Source: Candidatus Bathyarchaeota archaeon (GTDB lineage: Archaea; Thermoproteota; Bathyarchaeia; Bathyarchaeales; Bathyarchaeaceae). From it: a DNA stretch of 38,268 nucleotides. The notes under the pieces were generated by a model. It saw nothing but the letters and a program-made list of their open reading frames with translations. It ran no database searches and was not told the origin of the DNA. Location: the NCBI GenBank assembly GCA_020346825.1, contig CP070791.1, positions 1,128,887 to 1,167,154 of the forward strand, read 5' to 3'. Positions 38,202 to 38,268 of the stretch are shown in pieces (position 1 is the first letter of the stretch; the number at the start of each line of letters is the position of its first letter). A program made the position numbers and the translations under genes.

Positions 38202-38268
38202 AGACCCTCACCTCTGGAGAAGAGAAGTCTACCTTTAAGGCGATTGTAAAAATTGTTCCCAAAGCGAA

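Overview
Archaeal chromosomal DNA, most consistent with a TACK lineage such as Bathyarchaeia. This is inferred from Elf1 together with both PolD subunits, TFE, aMBF1, Trm56, GGGP synthase and a tRNA intron at a non-canonical position. Most of the window is housekeeping: pyrG, pyrI, NAC, mbf1-hflX-trm56-tfe, nadE, nob1 and three tRNAs. It also holds a small sugar/AI-2-type catabolic cluster (LsrF-like), two GT2 enzymes and a B12 radical SAM enzyme. The window contains a replication origin, with three ORB elements and an AT-rich unwinding element at about 31.06-31.49 kb directly upstream of orc1/cdc6, and with PolD DP1 and DP2 nearby. The most striking unexplained structure abuts the origin (28.2-31.2 kb). 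It consists of three uncharacterised DNA-binding-type genes, one encoding a membrane-anchored coiled-coil/winged-helix protein, interleaved with dense non-coding arrays of TGTGAT/ATCACA and ACTTCACA repeats. This is a candidate origin-to-membrane tethering or segregation system with no ParA/SegA gene in the window. In addition, hflX and nob1 lack canonical start codons (ACG and CTG candidates), and the mbf1/hflX overlap carries a possible -1 frameshift signal. All family calls come from motif recognition by eye; no database searches were run.
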